Assembly (NCBI GenBank): GCA_010093745.1
Contig: MU005960.1
Location: forward strand, 310,636-374,635
Reading direction: 5' to 3'
Origin: Piedraia hortae CBS 480.64
Taxonomy: Eukaryota
DNA length: 64,000 nt
The notes beneath the pieces are model-generated. The model made no database searches and was not told the origin of the DNA. It worked only from the letters and a program-made list of their open reading frames with translations. The position numbers and the translations under genes were made by a program. This document shows positions 24,395 to 36,714 of this stretch, one piece after another. How positions within the stretch are numbered: position 1 is the stretch's first letter; each line of letters begins with the position of its first letter.

Positions 24395-24836
24395 ATGTCA
24401 TCGACTATCTGCCTGCGCTATGTTCATTCGGCCTCCAGCTCGGCAATACCGTCGACCCTCTTGCTGCAGCATGGCCGCACCCAGGCGCGACTCTTCAGCA
24501 TTTCCGACCGCTACAAAAGTTCGTAAGAGCCTTGACGCCCGAGAATTGAGTCTAACCTTGCGCAGAGGAGCATGTTATCAGGTGCCGAAGATGACGGAAT
24601 CCATTTTCGAGGGCACGCTGAAGCAGATTTTGAAGCAGCCCGGCGACTACGTAGAGGCGAGCGAAGATGTTGCCGTAATTAAAGCGGACAGAATCGACAT
24701 CGGAGTCTTCGCCCCAATGGCTGGTACTATCAAAGAGCTTCTTGTCAGCGAGCAAGATACGGTCATTGTGAGTCAGGATATGATCTGTTTTGAAGTGGGC
24801 GTGCAGCAGAGAAAACTTGCTGACGAAGACAGATAG
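24395..24836 (+). pseudogene. KGD2-like presequence plus lipoyl domain only (Lys to Arg), ending inside a solo LTR
   Basis: Exon 1 is a Ser/Arg-rich presequence-like peptide. Intron 24523-24565 (GTAAGA..CTAAC..CAG) joins it in frame to VPKMTESIFEGTLKQ..GDYVE..IKADRIDIGVFAPMAGTIKE. Confidence 0.75.
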
Positions 24837-25196
24837 TATGTATGAGTGAGAACGATGGATGGAAAGTAGAGATGTGTTTTATGAGTGAATACAAGTATAT
24901 CTTCGAGGGAACATCAGAGAATATATTCTGGGCTGGAAGGCCCGTGCGTAGCCTCGTATGAAGAGTCATCAATTGTATGACCATAAGCAAGTGGTCATAC
25001 ATGCAGTAAGACTGTCAGCATGCAGTCTTACTCCATGACTCACCTCATAACAGTAGCAGGGCGCATTCACCATGTCGCATGCGACATGACCCTGAGGGAA
25101 ACCTCTGTGAGGACAAAACCTAGGGTGCAGCTGCTGGTGTAAGAGGTGTCGCGCAGTGGCATCGTACACTGATAGCAACGAGACTTCATGCCAACA
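24821..25196 (-). mobile_element. Solo LTR, divergent family A variant (inverted)
   Basis: TG..CCAACA termini, perfect TSD CTTGC. 25055-25140 is the reverse complement of the A core. Confidence 0.82.
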
Positions 25197-25729
25197 CTTG
25201 CCGTCAATAAGACTAGACTAGGCAGGAAACCGAGGTAGGCTTTGTTAATGAAATCCTCGTCGGTCTTCTTCTACAACCCAGGATGGGTGGCCTGTCAAAT
25301 GCAACTGGCGACTCTCAGAGCTTTTCTCGTAATGAGCCTTGGGATACTGAATAGGGTTTTGCCACTGTCACTCAAATTCATATAGAGAAAGCCTTCAAGG
25401 AAGCCCTTCGTCTAACAATTACCAACCGTTCAAACTCATATTTACCTGTCAGAAGAAATATCTGTTTGGCACTAAGATTGATAAGGCGTAAATGCGTACT
25501 AGTCCCCAAAAGAACCCGTGTGGCCGGTCCGTGCACGTGCGCATACACGCACTAATCAGCATTAGCCTCACTGCGTGCCAAGGACGCACTTCTATACCTT
25601 TCCAAAATTCATTCCTCGAACATAATTCCTTCAAACACGAGTTTCATTTACACAGACCCCACGCATAGGTACCCTACAGCTACGAATACCACAAGCGCGC
25701 ATGCCTCAAATATCACCGGTAAGGACAAG

Positions 25730-26755
25730 ATGCGCCAAACGCACTATGTGCAGGTCACCACAGACGGATCAGTCCCAGAAACCATTCTAGCCGTTTATGA
25801 CAATGGAGTGGAGGCCTTTGCGTGTGAGGAGCTTCCCAATCCTGCCTACACCGAAGTAAAGAGGAAGGAGAGTCAGGCCAAGGCAATTGCTAGGGCAGAA
25901 AAAAAACAAATTGAAATGAAGCTCCTGGATGCTTTGGACGTGCCTAGGGTAGAATGGCGTCAAAATGGAAGATTCACAAAGGAAGTGGTGCCTCCGTTGC
26001 AGCCGCAGCCACCCGTACTAAGGCATACTTGGCAGGTAGCCCAGCCTGGACCAATCTCACCTGGGCAGTGGCCGTATGTGGGCCCTCCCCCTCCCCAAGC
26101 TCCATCGAACCAGTTGCAGTCTATACACCCAGTATTACCACTTCCACAACCGACGTTCCATCCTGGCAACACCATGCCGCGCGCACAGCCTCACCCCGAC
26201 TTGCTCGAACGCAGTACGGCATTTCCTGTGCATCCACAGGCGCCACAGGGCCATCCAGTCCCGCCACCGGCGCAGGTCCCGCTGGCTCCCGGGGCGCAGG
26301 CACAGCCGGCTTCATGGTATGAGTACGCGTCGCAGCCTGTGTTCCCCCAACAGATTCATGGTATCGCGCGTTTGAACCGGCCCACCTTGCCTATACCGCC
26401 TCTGCCTCCGCTGTCACCACAATCACCGCAGCCACAGCCGGAGCCGCATCAGGCCCCGGGTTCGAGTCTGCAGGGACGCATAGGACGGCCTACGCATATT
26501 GACCTCCCGCCAAATCCATTTGCGAATATACAGAGTGGGCCAACTGTGCCACTGCCACCGAATCAGTTGGGCCAAACTGTGACGTCGACGCCGTCGCACA
26601 CGAATCTAAGTCCACAGCGTGCAGGAGGGCTGGTACCAGGTGGACAGACTGTTCCTGAGACGTCGCCGCGTCAACCTCAGACTGTGCATGAGCATACTCA
26701 GTTTCAGGCGAGCCAAAGTCCAAGTCGTCAGAGAGGGCAGGGAGAAGATGAATGA
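25730..26755 (+). CDS. Orphan Q/P-rich family, copy 4 (most divergent, open frame)
   Basis: HYVQVTTDGSVPETILAVY..ELPNPAYTEVK..IEMKLLDALDV plus Pro/Gln-rich tail; 341-aa ORF. Confidence 0.7.
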   Translation: MRQTHYVQVTTDGSVPETILAVYDNGVEAFACEELPNPAYTEVKRKESQAKAIARAEKKQIEMKLLDALDVPRVEWRQNGRFTKEVVPPLQPQPPVLRHTWQVAQPGPISPGQWPYVGPPPPQAPSNQLQSIHPVLPLPQPTFHPGNTMPRAQPHPDLLERSTAFPVHPQAPQGHPVPPPAQVPLAPGAQAQPASWYEYASQPVFPQQIHGIARLNRPTLPIPPLPPLSPQSPQPQPEPHQAPGSSLQGRIGRPTHIDLPPNPFANIQSGPTVPLPPNQLGQTVTSTPSHTNLSPQRAGGLVPGGQTVPETSPRQPQTVHEHTQFQASQSPSRQRGQGEDE

Positions 26756-27490
26756 CCCCACGTTCGGGATAGCTGCAGCAGGAAGTCACACACGCAGGGC
26801 GAGTTCCGTTTCCGCTAAAGTTCTTTTCATTGTCCGAGCCTGAAAACAAGGGATACGGTCGTACAATGAATAAAATGACTCCAGAATGGTCTATAGAGTA
26901 TCGTCATGAATGCAATTCTTCCATACGTGTTTTATAATGAATGTAGAAAAAAACTCTTGTCATGGATGCATGTTCATTAACGGGAAATGTGGCGAGTTCC
27001 GCTCTTCGTAATGTCTAAAAAATTTTACGATACTGCGAGCGTTTTCATGCTGTATACAATCTATTGAAAGCTACCGCGCCGATGCACCGCTGGGGGTAAT
27101 GGGCTGAGCACGATGTGTGATACTCGGTGACTGCATAGTTTTGTTCGCCTTTACTGAGATGATCGAATACATTTCAATGGCCACGTGCAGTCGACAGTCT
27201 TTGTCCACGGGAATTGTTTCCTAAGTCAATTGAGTAAAGTGCGTCGGCAATTTGTGCACTGACCATAGTAGTAATATATTATGGGACAAAAGTACATTGT
27301 TGTCATTTACAACACCTGAGACAGCAACACTATGTCGGTAAGGTACTCTCTGATTCGATATACAAGATGTCGGCCGGCACTCTTTCCTCTCCTCAAAAAC
27401 CATCGACAAAACCCCATTCAGTCACATCAACCATCACTGTAGACGTAACACCCTCTTACAACATACGAAGATGCCACGTCGTTCTACTCT

Positions 27491-28118
27491 GTGGCATCTA
27501 TTCCACAGATCAACTGAAATGCCTTGAAGACCATGTCGAAAGCTGACTGCGTGAACGCCATTAATAATGGCAAGGTCGATCTCACAGGCATCACACTTTG
27601 GAACTATTATATGATCCCTGATATCGAAGCCACGGAACCATGGACCATAGCTGCCTACTGTGTCGGCTCGCGCTGGAATTAGCTCACCGATGTCAGCGAG
27701 CAGCAAATGTACTGGGCGCGCCATACGACTAGCCTAATGACCGGCAGTCTGGCTCCGCAAGAGTCTGAGGTCCTGCATAACAATTTGGTGGGCAATTTCC
27801 ATGCCTATTCCAACAAGATCGGAAACGTCAGCAATGTGGAGCCCAAGCCAGTCATTTCTGCTCCTCCCTCTGAAGCATTGGGAATGAGGTTATCAACGGC
27901 AAAGAAAACAACTTGCCAAGAGCCCTTCCCCTCAACAAGAACATGTCGCATTATGATTTTTTCTACCTCGTCCAAAACACCTTCACTCTGGACTCAGATG
28001 ACGAGACTTCCAACCCACTGCAATTTATTGGCAACAGGTTCTGCAATGTCAGCGGTTACGTTTTAGTCGACTATCATATCAGAACATACTTTGGTCTCGC
28101 GGTCTCATGCATTGAATA
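27491..28118 (+). pseudogene. 5' half of a paralog of the HMG-box-like gene at 56200-57507
   Basis: Identical peptide EQQMYWARHTTSLMTGSLAP. Start mutated to GTG, in-frame TGA and TAG. Upstream homology extends to about 27072. Confidence 0.85.
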
Positions 28119-29521
28119 GACAATTTAAAGACAGACGGGAGCTCACGGCGGGCGAAACGGAACGAAAGATCCGGGCGGCCGTCCAAACTTTCGGAGGGAA
28201 TTTCTGCGGATACAAGATTTTTCACAGGTTATACTTCCTTAAAGGGTAGGAAACGTTGGAATCGAGTAGACAGAGGTGTAAATGTGTTTGCATCCTTTGA
28301 AAGTTTCCCTATCCCAGTAATGTGCGGTGACCGTGTAACCCTTTGACTGTAGACCTTTCACTGGGACTGAAGATCGCTGGCTGTAAATCTTACCGCATCG
28401 TAAGGGGGACTTCAATGCCCTAGAAGGTATGATGTGACGAGTCAAAGTGAGAAGGTCTTTCCGACATACTACTATATGTTGCTATGGAAAATTTGCAGTC
28501 TCTCTCAGTCTCCGCTCAATATGTCGTTGTATATGAAGAGCAGCGGAAAAAAATGCTGCAGTCTACCCTGCAACTGCTCAAAGGAACGAATAAGTGGATT
28601 TCTCGCCGCGATGAACAGACCAGTGTGAAAAAATCAGATCTGAAATCACTTCAACAGCTATCAAGCCGTAATAGAAAAGGGGGAGAGGGGGCTTCAATAG
28701 TGACCATCAGGGGCACGGTGTTATCTAGTGATTCTGACCCGCTGGAATTTAGCCTATCCGGCATAGTGATAGATAGCAATATGAACGTATTGGACCGCAG
28801 GCTTCCGAGCCAGTTACACTCTCCTATTGACCTAAACAGAATTATAGATAGAAACATCTGCGGATCATCTCATCTAGCGGCCAAGCGGATTGAAAGTTAG
28901 CAAGATTGTATCATGCGGCTTCCTCTGAAGAGTTATGGCGATCTAAAATAGTCGGGCGAATCATCCACGATTCAAGCACACGTCTCCCCCCTGGTCATCA
29001 ACACAGCTTAAAGGCAGGTTACCTGAAGCAAAATGCGTCTGAAACATGCAGGATGTCCCCCACGAAACGGCTGGCTGCACAGTTCGAAGGGCCATTCAGG
29101 GGAATCATTCCAAAACAACTTGCGGTCATTTCGAAAGCCAGATAAACTGCGGGATCATTGCTTGCCGTGTCTCATTTCTTGCTCGCAAATTGAGGGACAA
29201 AGACGCTTTGCCATAAAACCTGGCACAAACACACTCTGCGGTACAAACTCTACAAAGAAACAACGGTACAGACATGTGTACAAACAAGCTCAACGTCATC
29301 TTTAATTGTACAGCATCGCCACAACAGCTCTTCAATGGCACTCATAATAGTATGTAGCACAAAGCCTGGAACGTTGCACATCGGACATATGGTACTATTA
29401 AAATGCAGATACTCCCAGGTATGTCTTTCGCTGAAGGGAGGAGGAAAACCTTGTGCTAATTCATTGTCGTGAACAGGCATCGTGGTGAGTTACTCTATCA
29501 GTGAGAAATTGAACATCGTCC

Positions 29522-29777
29522 TGTCAGACGCCTGTCTTACTGGACTATCCAGGGTTTTTACCTCATGGAGGATGTTTCCCTGGAGCGTGGTTATGTCAAA
29601 GGACGTTGTCACGGCGAATGCGGTGCGGGCCGGGAAGAGAGTTTAGACCAGTCTTGCGGTGCAAGCCTTCTCTAGACCTCAGACGGATTCCATAGTGAGA
29701 TATCACACACACTGTTGACTGCGTGCCCATTCATCAATCTCGAAGCGATGTGAGCAGATCCCTCTCTCCTTCCGATA
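29522..29777 (+). mobile_element. Solo LTR family D (256 bp)
   Basis: TGTCAGA..TCCGATA termini (CA changed to TA), perfect TSD CGTCC, homolog at 39872-40121. Confidence 0.87.
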
Positions 29778-29984
29778 CGTCCTGCTTCGAGTATATTGAT
29801 CCTATATGGTATCTGGAGAGGTTGCAATAACTATCACGCCGACACCCTCTGGATGACACCTGGATTGCTTCTTTACTAGTTCACACATTGTCCGTAGCCG
29901 AGGAGCGCTGTGCCGAGAGTGCCACAATCCATTAGAGCATAGCCGGGAAAGAAAAGCATCTCACTGAAGTACGTGCATCTCGTT

Positions 29985-30640
29985 ATAAGCGTATCTCATC
30001 AAGACCTGTTCCAACTCATTTAATACACCATTGACTTAAGCGAACCGACTCACTTCTGCTTTATTGGCAGATAGTTTAGCGTAAACGGCAGATTGCAGTA
30101 TCATTACAATTCACACAGCAATGGCAGAACGACAAAATCACAATAAGATGCTCGTGGCTTCTGGCAGAGGACATACGAATGACCTGAAATGCCTTTACAT
30201 AGACAGCCCTCATCAGAGAGACGGAAAGTGTTACAGGGCGAGAACTGGATTCTAAGCTAGCTACCATGCGTCTGAAGATAACGCAGGCATCAAGCGTGAT
30301 CTTGAATGTATTGAGTGGACCGAAAAAGGTCCCAATAAGCAAGCGCTGCCTCGTGGCCTTGGTCAAATGTTTGTGGAGAACAGACAAACTTTGTTCATCC
30401 TTCACGCCGAGGCGTATATCAAGAATATTGAGGGACAGATCGATAACGAAGCTCCCGCGCCGGCCGAGGTATGGGAGTCACTCCCAGAGCATGACGCTTC
30501 ATACTGGAAGTTCTGCTCCGCCAAGCTCTGCTCGCCTCTGTCTCATAATCTATAAATTGGGATCAACCATTCAAAGACGGACAGGAGCATGCGAAGAGCG
30601 AGGCAAAATGATGTAAATACTCAAGTAGCAATCATGCTGT
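29985..30640 (+). pseudogene. 3' half of another paralog of the HMG-box-like gene
   Basis: MFVENRQTLFILHAEAYIKNI..EVWESLPEHDASYWKFCSAKL matches MFSEDGQTLFVFHAEAYINKV..ELWTALPMDDRSFWAFCTSKL. Boundaries approximate. Confidence 0.8.
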
Positions 30641-31521
30641 ATCTGAAGGAGAAATTCGATGAGTGTCCTGAGCGGACAAACTTCCACAGAGAAGTTCTGC
30701 AGGTTCAGGACTTCTCACAGGTTATATGCCTTGGAAGTGTCGAATATCTTCGAGCCAAAACCTGATACCCGTCTGACAGAGTTTGAATTTCGTGCAGCCT
30801 TTGAAGTTTAGTATGACTCGTAGAGTTTACTTTCTTGGAGGGCAGTACACCGTCAAGAGGAATACTTAATATTGATTTGGTAGAGTTTAAGTTTTCTTCA
30901 AGCTTTGAAACTATCCACGCCCCAATAGTATGTGCTGGCGGCCAGTGGAGCGAAGTTGTAAAGTGAGACCATGTACTCTTCGATTGTAATTTTTTGACTC
31001 GTTCGAATAACACCACCGCATGGCAGAGAGTGCAATTCAGGTTGTGTCGAATTGAGAATATGCGAATGTACTACCGTTGGTTGTAAGATAATTGTTCACA
31101 ATTTATCATTCAGAGACCGACATCGAACTAGGCGTAGCAAATCGGCCAAACATCCGGATGAATATAGACTTCCCTCAACTAGATACGAAAAACTTTGAAT
31201 TGAATGTCGTTCTTCTAATGTCTGTTCCTGTGGGTTAGGTTGGCGAGGATATAGGAGTAACCACGACAAGACGATAAATGGACAGCACAATACAGATGAC
31301 AATAATATGCGGATCAGCCAGCCTAGCAGAAAGCCAAACCTCGCGGTGCGTATCTTAGCTCATGCGATAAATGGAATTACCGGGATCAGGTTTCCCCATA
31401 ACAGGTCCGACTTTGTTGAAAGCCGGATATAATCCTATGTACCTTCTTCTATTCAAAACCATGATCAAGGGCGGCTAGGAACAAAGAGCAAAAATCGGTT
31501 GACCGGGCGGCTAAGAAAATT

Positions 31522-31826
31522 TGTCGGGGGGGTGAACCTCCGAGGACTAAAGGGGAGCGGATATTGATGACAAATGTTTTCACTCAATTTTGACTGAAAA
31601 AGTGAATGTAGATGTCTATGTCTATATCAGATGAGGTTCGAAGCCTTCCCCACGCAACCTCAGTCTAACCTTATTCGCCAGGACAACGTCAGCGAACCAT
31701 GCCCTTAAGCATGAACGAGACAACGACCCGTCCCAGGGGGAACTTCCTCTATAGAGGTAAAAACCCTGAGGAGTTTCGACTTCTATCTACAGTTCTGGTC
31801 ATGGTAGATGCCACCTTCTTCTGACA
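31522..31826 (-). mobile_element. Solo LTR family C (inverted)
   Basis: TGTCGG..CTGACA termini, reverse complement of 16116-16787 without the nested A copy. No clear TSD. Confidence 0.8.
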
Positions 31827-32158
31827 AGCATTTTGGTCACCTCGTCTGCGGAAGCAAGAAATGAATGGACTCCATGACACCACAGTGCCAGATCTTGCAG
31901 TTTTCCGCAGAGGCCTCGAGGGACCACTGACAGCTGCATAGGCAATCGAGGCGGTATTGAACGACGCAGGCCGTCATGGTGAACGAGAAGGCCTTAGTCT
32001 TTGGCCCCGACCTAGTAGATGCTGATGGTACCGTTGTTGGAGACGCCACCGGTTGCCCCCGAACTCCGGCCTGTAAGGGGAGCGGATCCCGCTTGCGGTG
32101 GCCTTGCATTGGCGCTGGGTGGAAGGGGGCCTCTGTGGTCTAGTCGAGCCCGGTTGGC

Positions 32159-32568
32159 TATTAGAGTCAAGCATCGCCGCCAGCGCGTATGCGGGACACT
32201 TGCAAAGCAAGTCAGCTGTACCCCCTATACTACCGGCTGCACCCTAGGTTTTTCCCTCACAGAGATTTTCCCTCAGGGTCATGTCAGATGTAACATGGCG
32301 GATGCGCCCCACTACTGTAAACTGGTGAGTCATAGATGACTCATATCATGACGTGACGTCACCGGCCCACCGGTACGGAATACTTATTCCGACATCCCCT
32401 TATAGAGATAGAGACATATACATAGTCATTCACATTGTCATATCGACACTGGTATTGATTCCTACCCACCTGCATCTTTTCTGTCCCTATCGTTGATCTC
32501 CGTCTATCGCTACGTCGTCCTAGTTCGGGCCGCTGCGCAATCCCATCCACGAAAGCCCAATCGCTACA
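32159..32568 (+). mobile_element. Solo LTR family A (410 bp)
   Basis: TATTAG (G-to-A version of TGTTGG)..CTACA termini, perfect TSD TTGGC. Confidence 0.9.
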
Positions 32569-33736
32569 TTGGCTGGGCCCGTTAGTCCAAAGGATGGAAA
32601 TGCCGAATGTTCTGGCCAATTGCTGCTCGTAGCTCCTTGGAGATAATTGATCTGCGCCTACAGTTGGCGAATCTGCAGTTAGGGAGTGAAATCCTCCGAT
32701 TTTTCTTAAGGAAGAGGTTCATGGCTCGTTTAGACCAAAGGGTTACTCATCACATTTTATACAGTTTGCCGACGAGGCAAACCTGGCTCCATATTCATGT
32801 GAATGTCGCGCAACGACCCATATCAAGACAATAGCGGAAATTGAATAGCGCAGGTACCGCCGAGCGAAAGAAGGGCCTTTTAAGATTCGTTTATCTTGTT
32901 CGTCCAATGAGAGAGGTATTAGGTTGAAAGGGCTAGGCTTTATGACCAGATTCAAAGTGATTAAGGGCGCATACAACCATCTTTTTTTTATTTTCCAATC
33001 AATTTATACTAGTCAATCATCGTTCGTTTCTCCCAAGAAACAGAGGTTGATCGAAGGCATTTTGTGTAAAACAAAAAGTAAGGAGCAACCGAAGAGGTAC
33101 AGGAACTGGCTTTTGGGGCAAGGCGACCAACCGTGATCTTGACAGAATCAGATGATTCCGCGACAAGATGAGAAAGGAAGAGAAGACAGAATGTGCCCGA
33201 TTTACGGGTTAGGTCCGGCCGACCAATCGCGGTCTGGACGGCGGAAACCCCACATGAGGTCATCTCCAGAGCGGGCCGCTGCAGGGACCCTCCCACCCCT
33301 TTCAATCTCCCTAAGCCCGTTGGTTGTCCCTTCTCTTCTCGAATCCCCTTTGCACCCTCGTACCGCAGGACGCCATGGACAACAATACCTACCTGACGCG
33401 ATTAGCTCTTGGGCGAGGGGCATTCCAACCTCCAGTGGGCAGCAGCTCTGATGCGTCGATTCAACACCCCGACTCCAACGACAAGTCTATGGATATGACG
33501 ATTCGGTATACTAAGTCAGACGGCGAGTCCATGCACAAAATGACCGAGGCACGCAATGTGGAAACGCGACGGGCCATCAATTCAGTCCTGGCTGTGGTTG
33601 GAGTGGTGGCACACAAGAACGAGTCCAGCACCGAGTCACTCCGACGCTATCGTGATGGGCAAACAGAATAAAGTCTGAGAAACAGCCTTAAAGGCACCTA
33701 AAACAATAAATAACGGCATGAAAACGCAGGCACCGT

Positions 33737-35491
33737 CTAGCAAAACATTTTATACACCTTTTTCCACGCCGGCCAGGTGGCTCGTTCCGCCTGCTCAGCT
33801 GCAATGAGCTCCGGTGTGTTAAACTCCCGCAGGCCGGTGTGCAAATCCATGGTGCGGCTGCGAACGATGGGAGTCTTTCGCCAGACCTTGTAGAAGAGGT
33901 AAAAGATGATGACCACAGGGGCAGCCAGGTATGCGGAGAAGAACGACTTGACTTGTTCACCGGAGGACATTGACCCGTAACCAACGGGCCAGATGGCTGT
34001 CCAGAACTGGGCAACCAACACCAAGCAGTTGAATCCAAAACCGATCCAAGACCCGATGACACCAGGCTGACTGCGGAACGCCAGCTCGTCCAGAGTATGG
34101 CCCTGCCGAATCCAACCGCGCCTGAAGCGGATATGGGCAAAGCAAATGCTACCCCAGGTGAAGATGGAGGACAGACCGGACAGAGCAAGCATCCAGTTGA
34201 ACGCATCATCCTTCTTCTTGGAGCCTGCAAAAAAAGCGAGAAAACCGAGGGCAGAGGCGACAGCAATGGAGACAATGGGACGGCCTTTGCGGTCGATGTA
34301 TCCAAGGATCTTTGGCGCTTGACCCTGGTCAGCGAGTGCGGCCAGAGTACGGGAGCTGCCGTAGATGGACGAGTTGCCAACGGAGAGTACCGCAATCATG
34401 ATGACGACGTTGAATACCGAAGGAAGGCCCTTGATTCCGGCATTTTCAATGGCAATGACAAAGGGAGACGCCTTGGCATCGGCAGACGAGGTGCCGTTAA
34501 GCAGCTGCTTGTTGGTGTAAGGTACCAGCATGCCAACAATAATGAGGGAGACAATGTAGAAGAGGGTAATTCGCCAGAAGACCTGCTTCACCGCCGTGGG
34601 AAGCGATCGTCGCGGATCGGCAGTCTCAGCTGCAGCAAGACCAACCAACTCCGTGCCGGCGAAGGCAAACGCGGCCGTGACGAAGACTGAGCAAAGGCCC
34701 TTGAATCCATTGTGGAAAGCGCCAGGGTTGTACCAGTATTTGGCGCCAATGTAGCCACCCCTGGGGCCGCCGCCGCAGTTGAGAACGATGCCAAGGATGA
34801 TGAAGCCAATCACGGCAAGAACCTTGACGATGGAGAAAAAAAACTCGGCCTCACCGTAGCCTTTGACGCCGAAGAGATTGATTGCGATGATGACAACCAG
34901 GAATATCGCCACAAAGACATCATTGCTAACGGTGGGGTGCCAGAATTCAATGGTGATTGTGGCAGCCACAATCTCAAGCGGGAGCACGACTAACCACTGC
35001 ATGGCATAGTTCCAGCCCATGGCAAAGCCCCAAGCTGGGTCGATGAAGCGCGTCGAGTAGGCGGAGAAAGAACCGGCGACGGGGAAGACAACAGCCATCT
35101 CACCCAGAGCGTGGACAGTGCAGTAAAGCATGATTCCGATGAGCATGAAAGCGAGGATTAGAGACGCCGGACCTCCTTTGGCCAAGGCGCTGCCGCTGCC
35201 GACAAACAGACCTGTACCGATGGAGCCGCCAATGGCAATCATCTGCAGGTGACGGCCCTTGAGGCTGCGTTGCAAGGGCGAGCTGGCCGTAGCCTCTGCT
35301 GCCGCCTCGACATCGTAAGACTTGCCATCAGCAGTAGGGAGGGTTTGCGGCACCGCGTGCGCATTCGGGTCTCGCTTGAAGCTGCTGAGGAAGCGAGCCG
35401 GAAACGATTCGCGCGTCTCTCTCGTGTGGCCCAACTCGATTGCGGAGGGTTCGGGTGAGTAACCTTGGTCGGCCTTAACAGTCTTCTCCAT
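33737..35491 (-). CDS. GAP1: General amino-acid permease (YAT/APC family, Gap1-like)
   Basis: LKGRHLQMIAIGGSIGTGLFVGSG, AAFAFAGTELVGLAAAE, multiple TM segments, C-terminal FC. Start taken at MEKTVK with a TATA-like TTTATAA about 75 nt upstream. Confidence 0.88.
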   Translation of the reverse strand: MEKTVKADQGYSPEPSAIELGHTRETRESFPARFLSSFKRDPNAHAVPQTLPTADGKSYDVEAAAEATASSPLQRSLKGRHLQMIAIGGSIGTGLFVGSGSALAKGGPASLILAFMLIGIMLYCTVHALGEMAVVFPVAGSFSAYSTRFIDPAWGFAMGWNYAMQWLVVLPLEIVAATITIEFWHPTVSNDVFVAIFLVVIIAINLFGVKGYGEAEFFFSIVKVLAVIGFIILGIVLNCGGGPRGGYIGAKYWYNPGAFHNGFKGLCSVFVTAAFAFAGTELVGLAAAETADPRRSLPTAVKQVFWRITLFYIVSLIIVGMLVPYTNKQLLNGTSSADAKASPFVIAIENAGIKGLPSVFNVVIMIAVLSVGNSSIYGSSRTLAALADQGQAPKILGYIDRKGRPIVSIAVASALGFLAFFAGSKKKDDAFNWMLALSGLSSIFTWGSICFAHIRFRRGWIRQGHTLDELAFRSQPGVIGSWIGFGFNCLVLVAQFWTAIWPVGYGSMSSGEQVKSFFSAYLAAPVVIIFYLFYKVWRKTPIVRSRTMDLHTGLREFNTPELIAAEQAERATWPAWKKVYKMFC

Positions 35492-36714
35492 GTCGGAGTG
35501 GATGTGCGAATGGCCCTGGAACAAGGCAAAGGTCAAATAAAGACCCGCCGCAGTGTGCGGACACCTTATAAAGGCGTTCGGACCCAGGCCGGCGGCGGTG
35601 GCGCAGATTAGAGTTAGCGCTAAGCCTCGTGCGGGGAATGCTGTGTGGAACGCTCGCGTGATTGGTTCGACGCTTCGCACTTCGCCGGAAATGGCGAAGC
35701 TTTACTGCAGCGGAAACGCGACAGAACTGCGACGGGAATGGCGAGTCAGTCGGACAGCCTTGACAGCTTCTTCATCTCATGGTTATTTGACTGCAACCAA
35801 GCACGACGGCGGACAAAGCTTTGTGTCAAGGTCTATCTCGGAGCCGACATTCCAAAGACTAGATAGCTACATGGCTCATCCTACGGTCTTGTTACCTCAA
35901 GAGGTCATGTTGTGCGGGCGAACCAAACAATAGATATCCGTTGCCTTGCATCTATTGGCTCACAGCAGAAATGGCTTCTTATCTGGTCCCTTATTTGCCA
36001 TGCCTACCATTCAATAACTTGGCCCTGCTCGCCTCTGTCCCTTATCAGTCTCTCGACGGCCACGCGCTTCACTGATCTACTAATGTGTCGTGCCGTCTAT
36101 CTGCATAGTCACGTGTGAATTCGTAACCAACAGCCTTGCTGCTGATCTCGCTTGCGCTGTCCTAGTGTACGCTAGTGGCACATCCCTCGGCCCCACGCTA
36201 GCCAACGGGCTGTCGCCGGATGTGGAGAATGGTCCCTCGTCAGCTCCTCCCAATGCTGATCTTAGACTTAGGGCAGTGTTACCTACACGCGCTGTTCCCC
36301 AGTTACTAGTGCAGATCGTTCCTTTTGGCTTCCTGCGAGTGATCTTGATGAAGTGCCGTCCATACCACAGCTCGTTGGAGGGCGCAGGATGGCTTGCATA
36401 ATAAATGAATAGGTCAGGTACGGTTTCTTATGGTGAATGCGGCATCTGGAAGCAACGGGATTATCCTATGCATTGTCTTCCTTGCCCTTCTGCTTCCTCG
36501 AACGCGGGCTATGCGGGACTTGTCATCTCAAACCTCCTTTGAAAGCTGTACACTGATCCTAATTGTATTTGCCATTGCTACTCGATTGAGAAGATACGCC
36601 GCGCCACATCTAGCATCACACAATCGCTCGCCAATGCTTCGAACGTGATCCAAGCAGGCCCCGATATTAAACACATTGTCAACGAGCTTTCCGTCCTTCA
36701 ACCGTGCCACGCAT

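Noticed and set aside
31837..33140. gag or LINE ORF1 remnant around LTR A
   Set aside because: Only a YAAV-like peptide and a coiled-coil-like stretch, too weak without a search.
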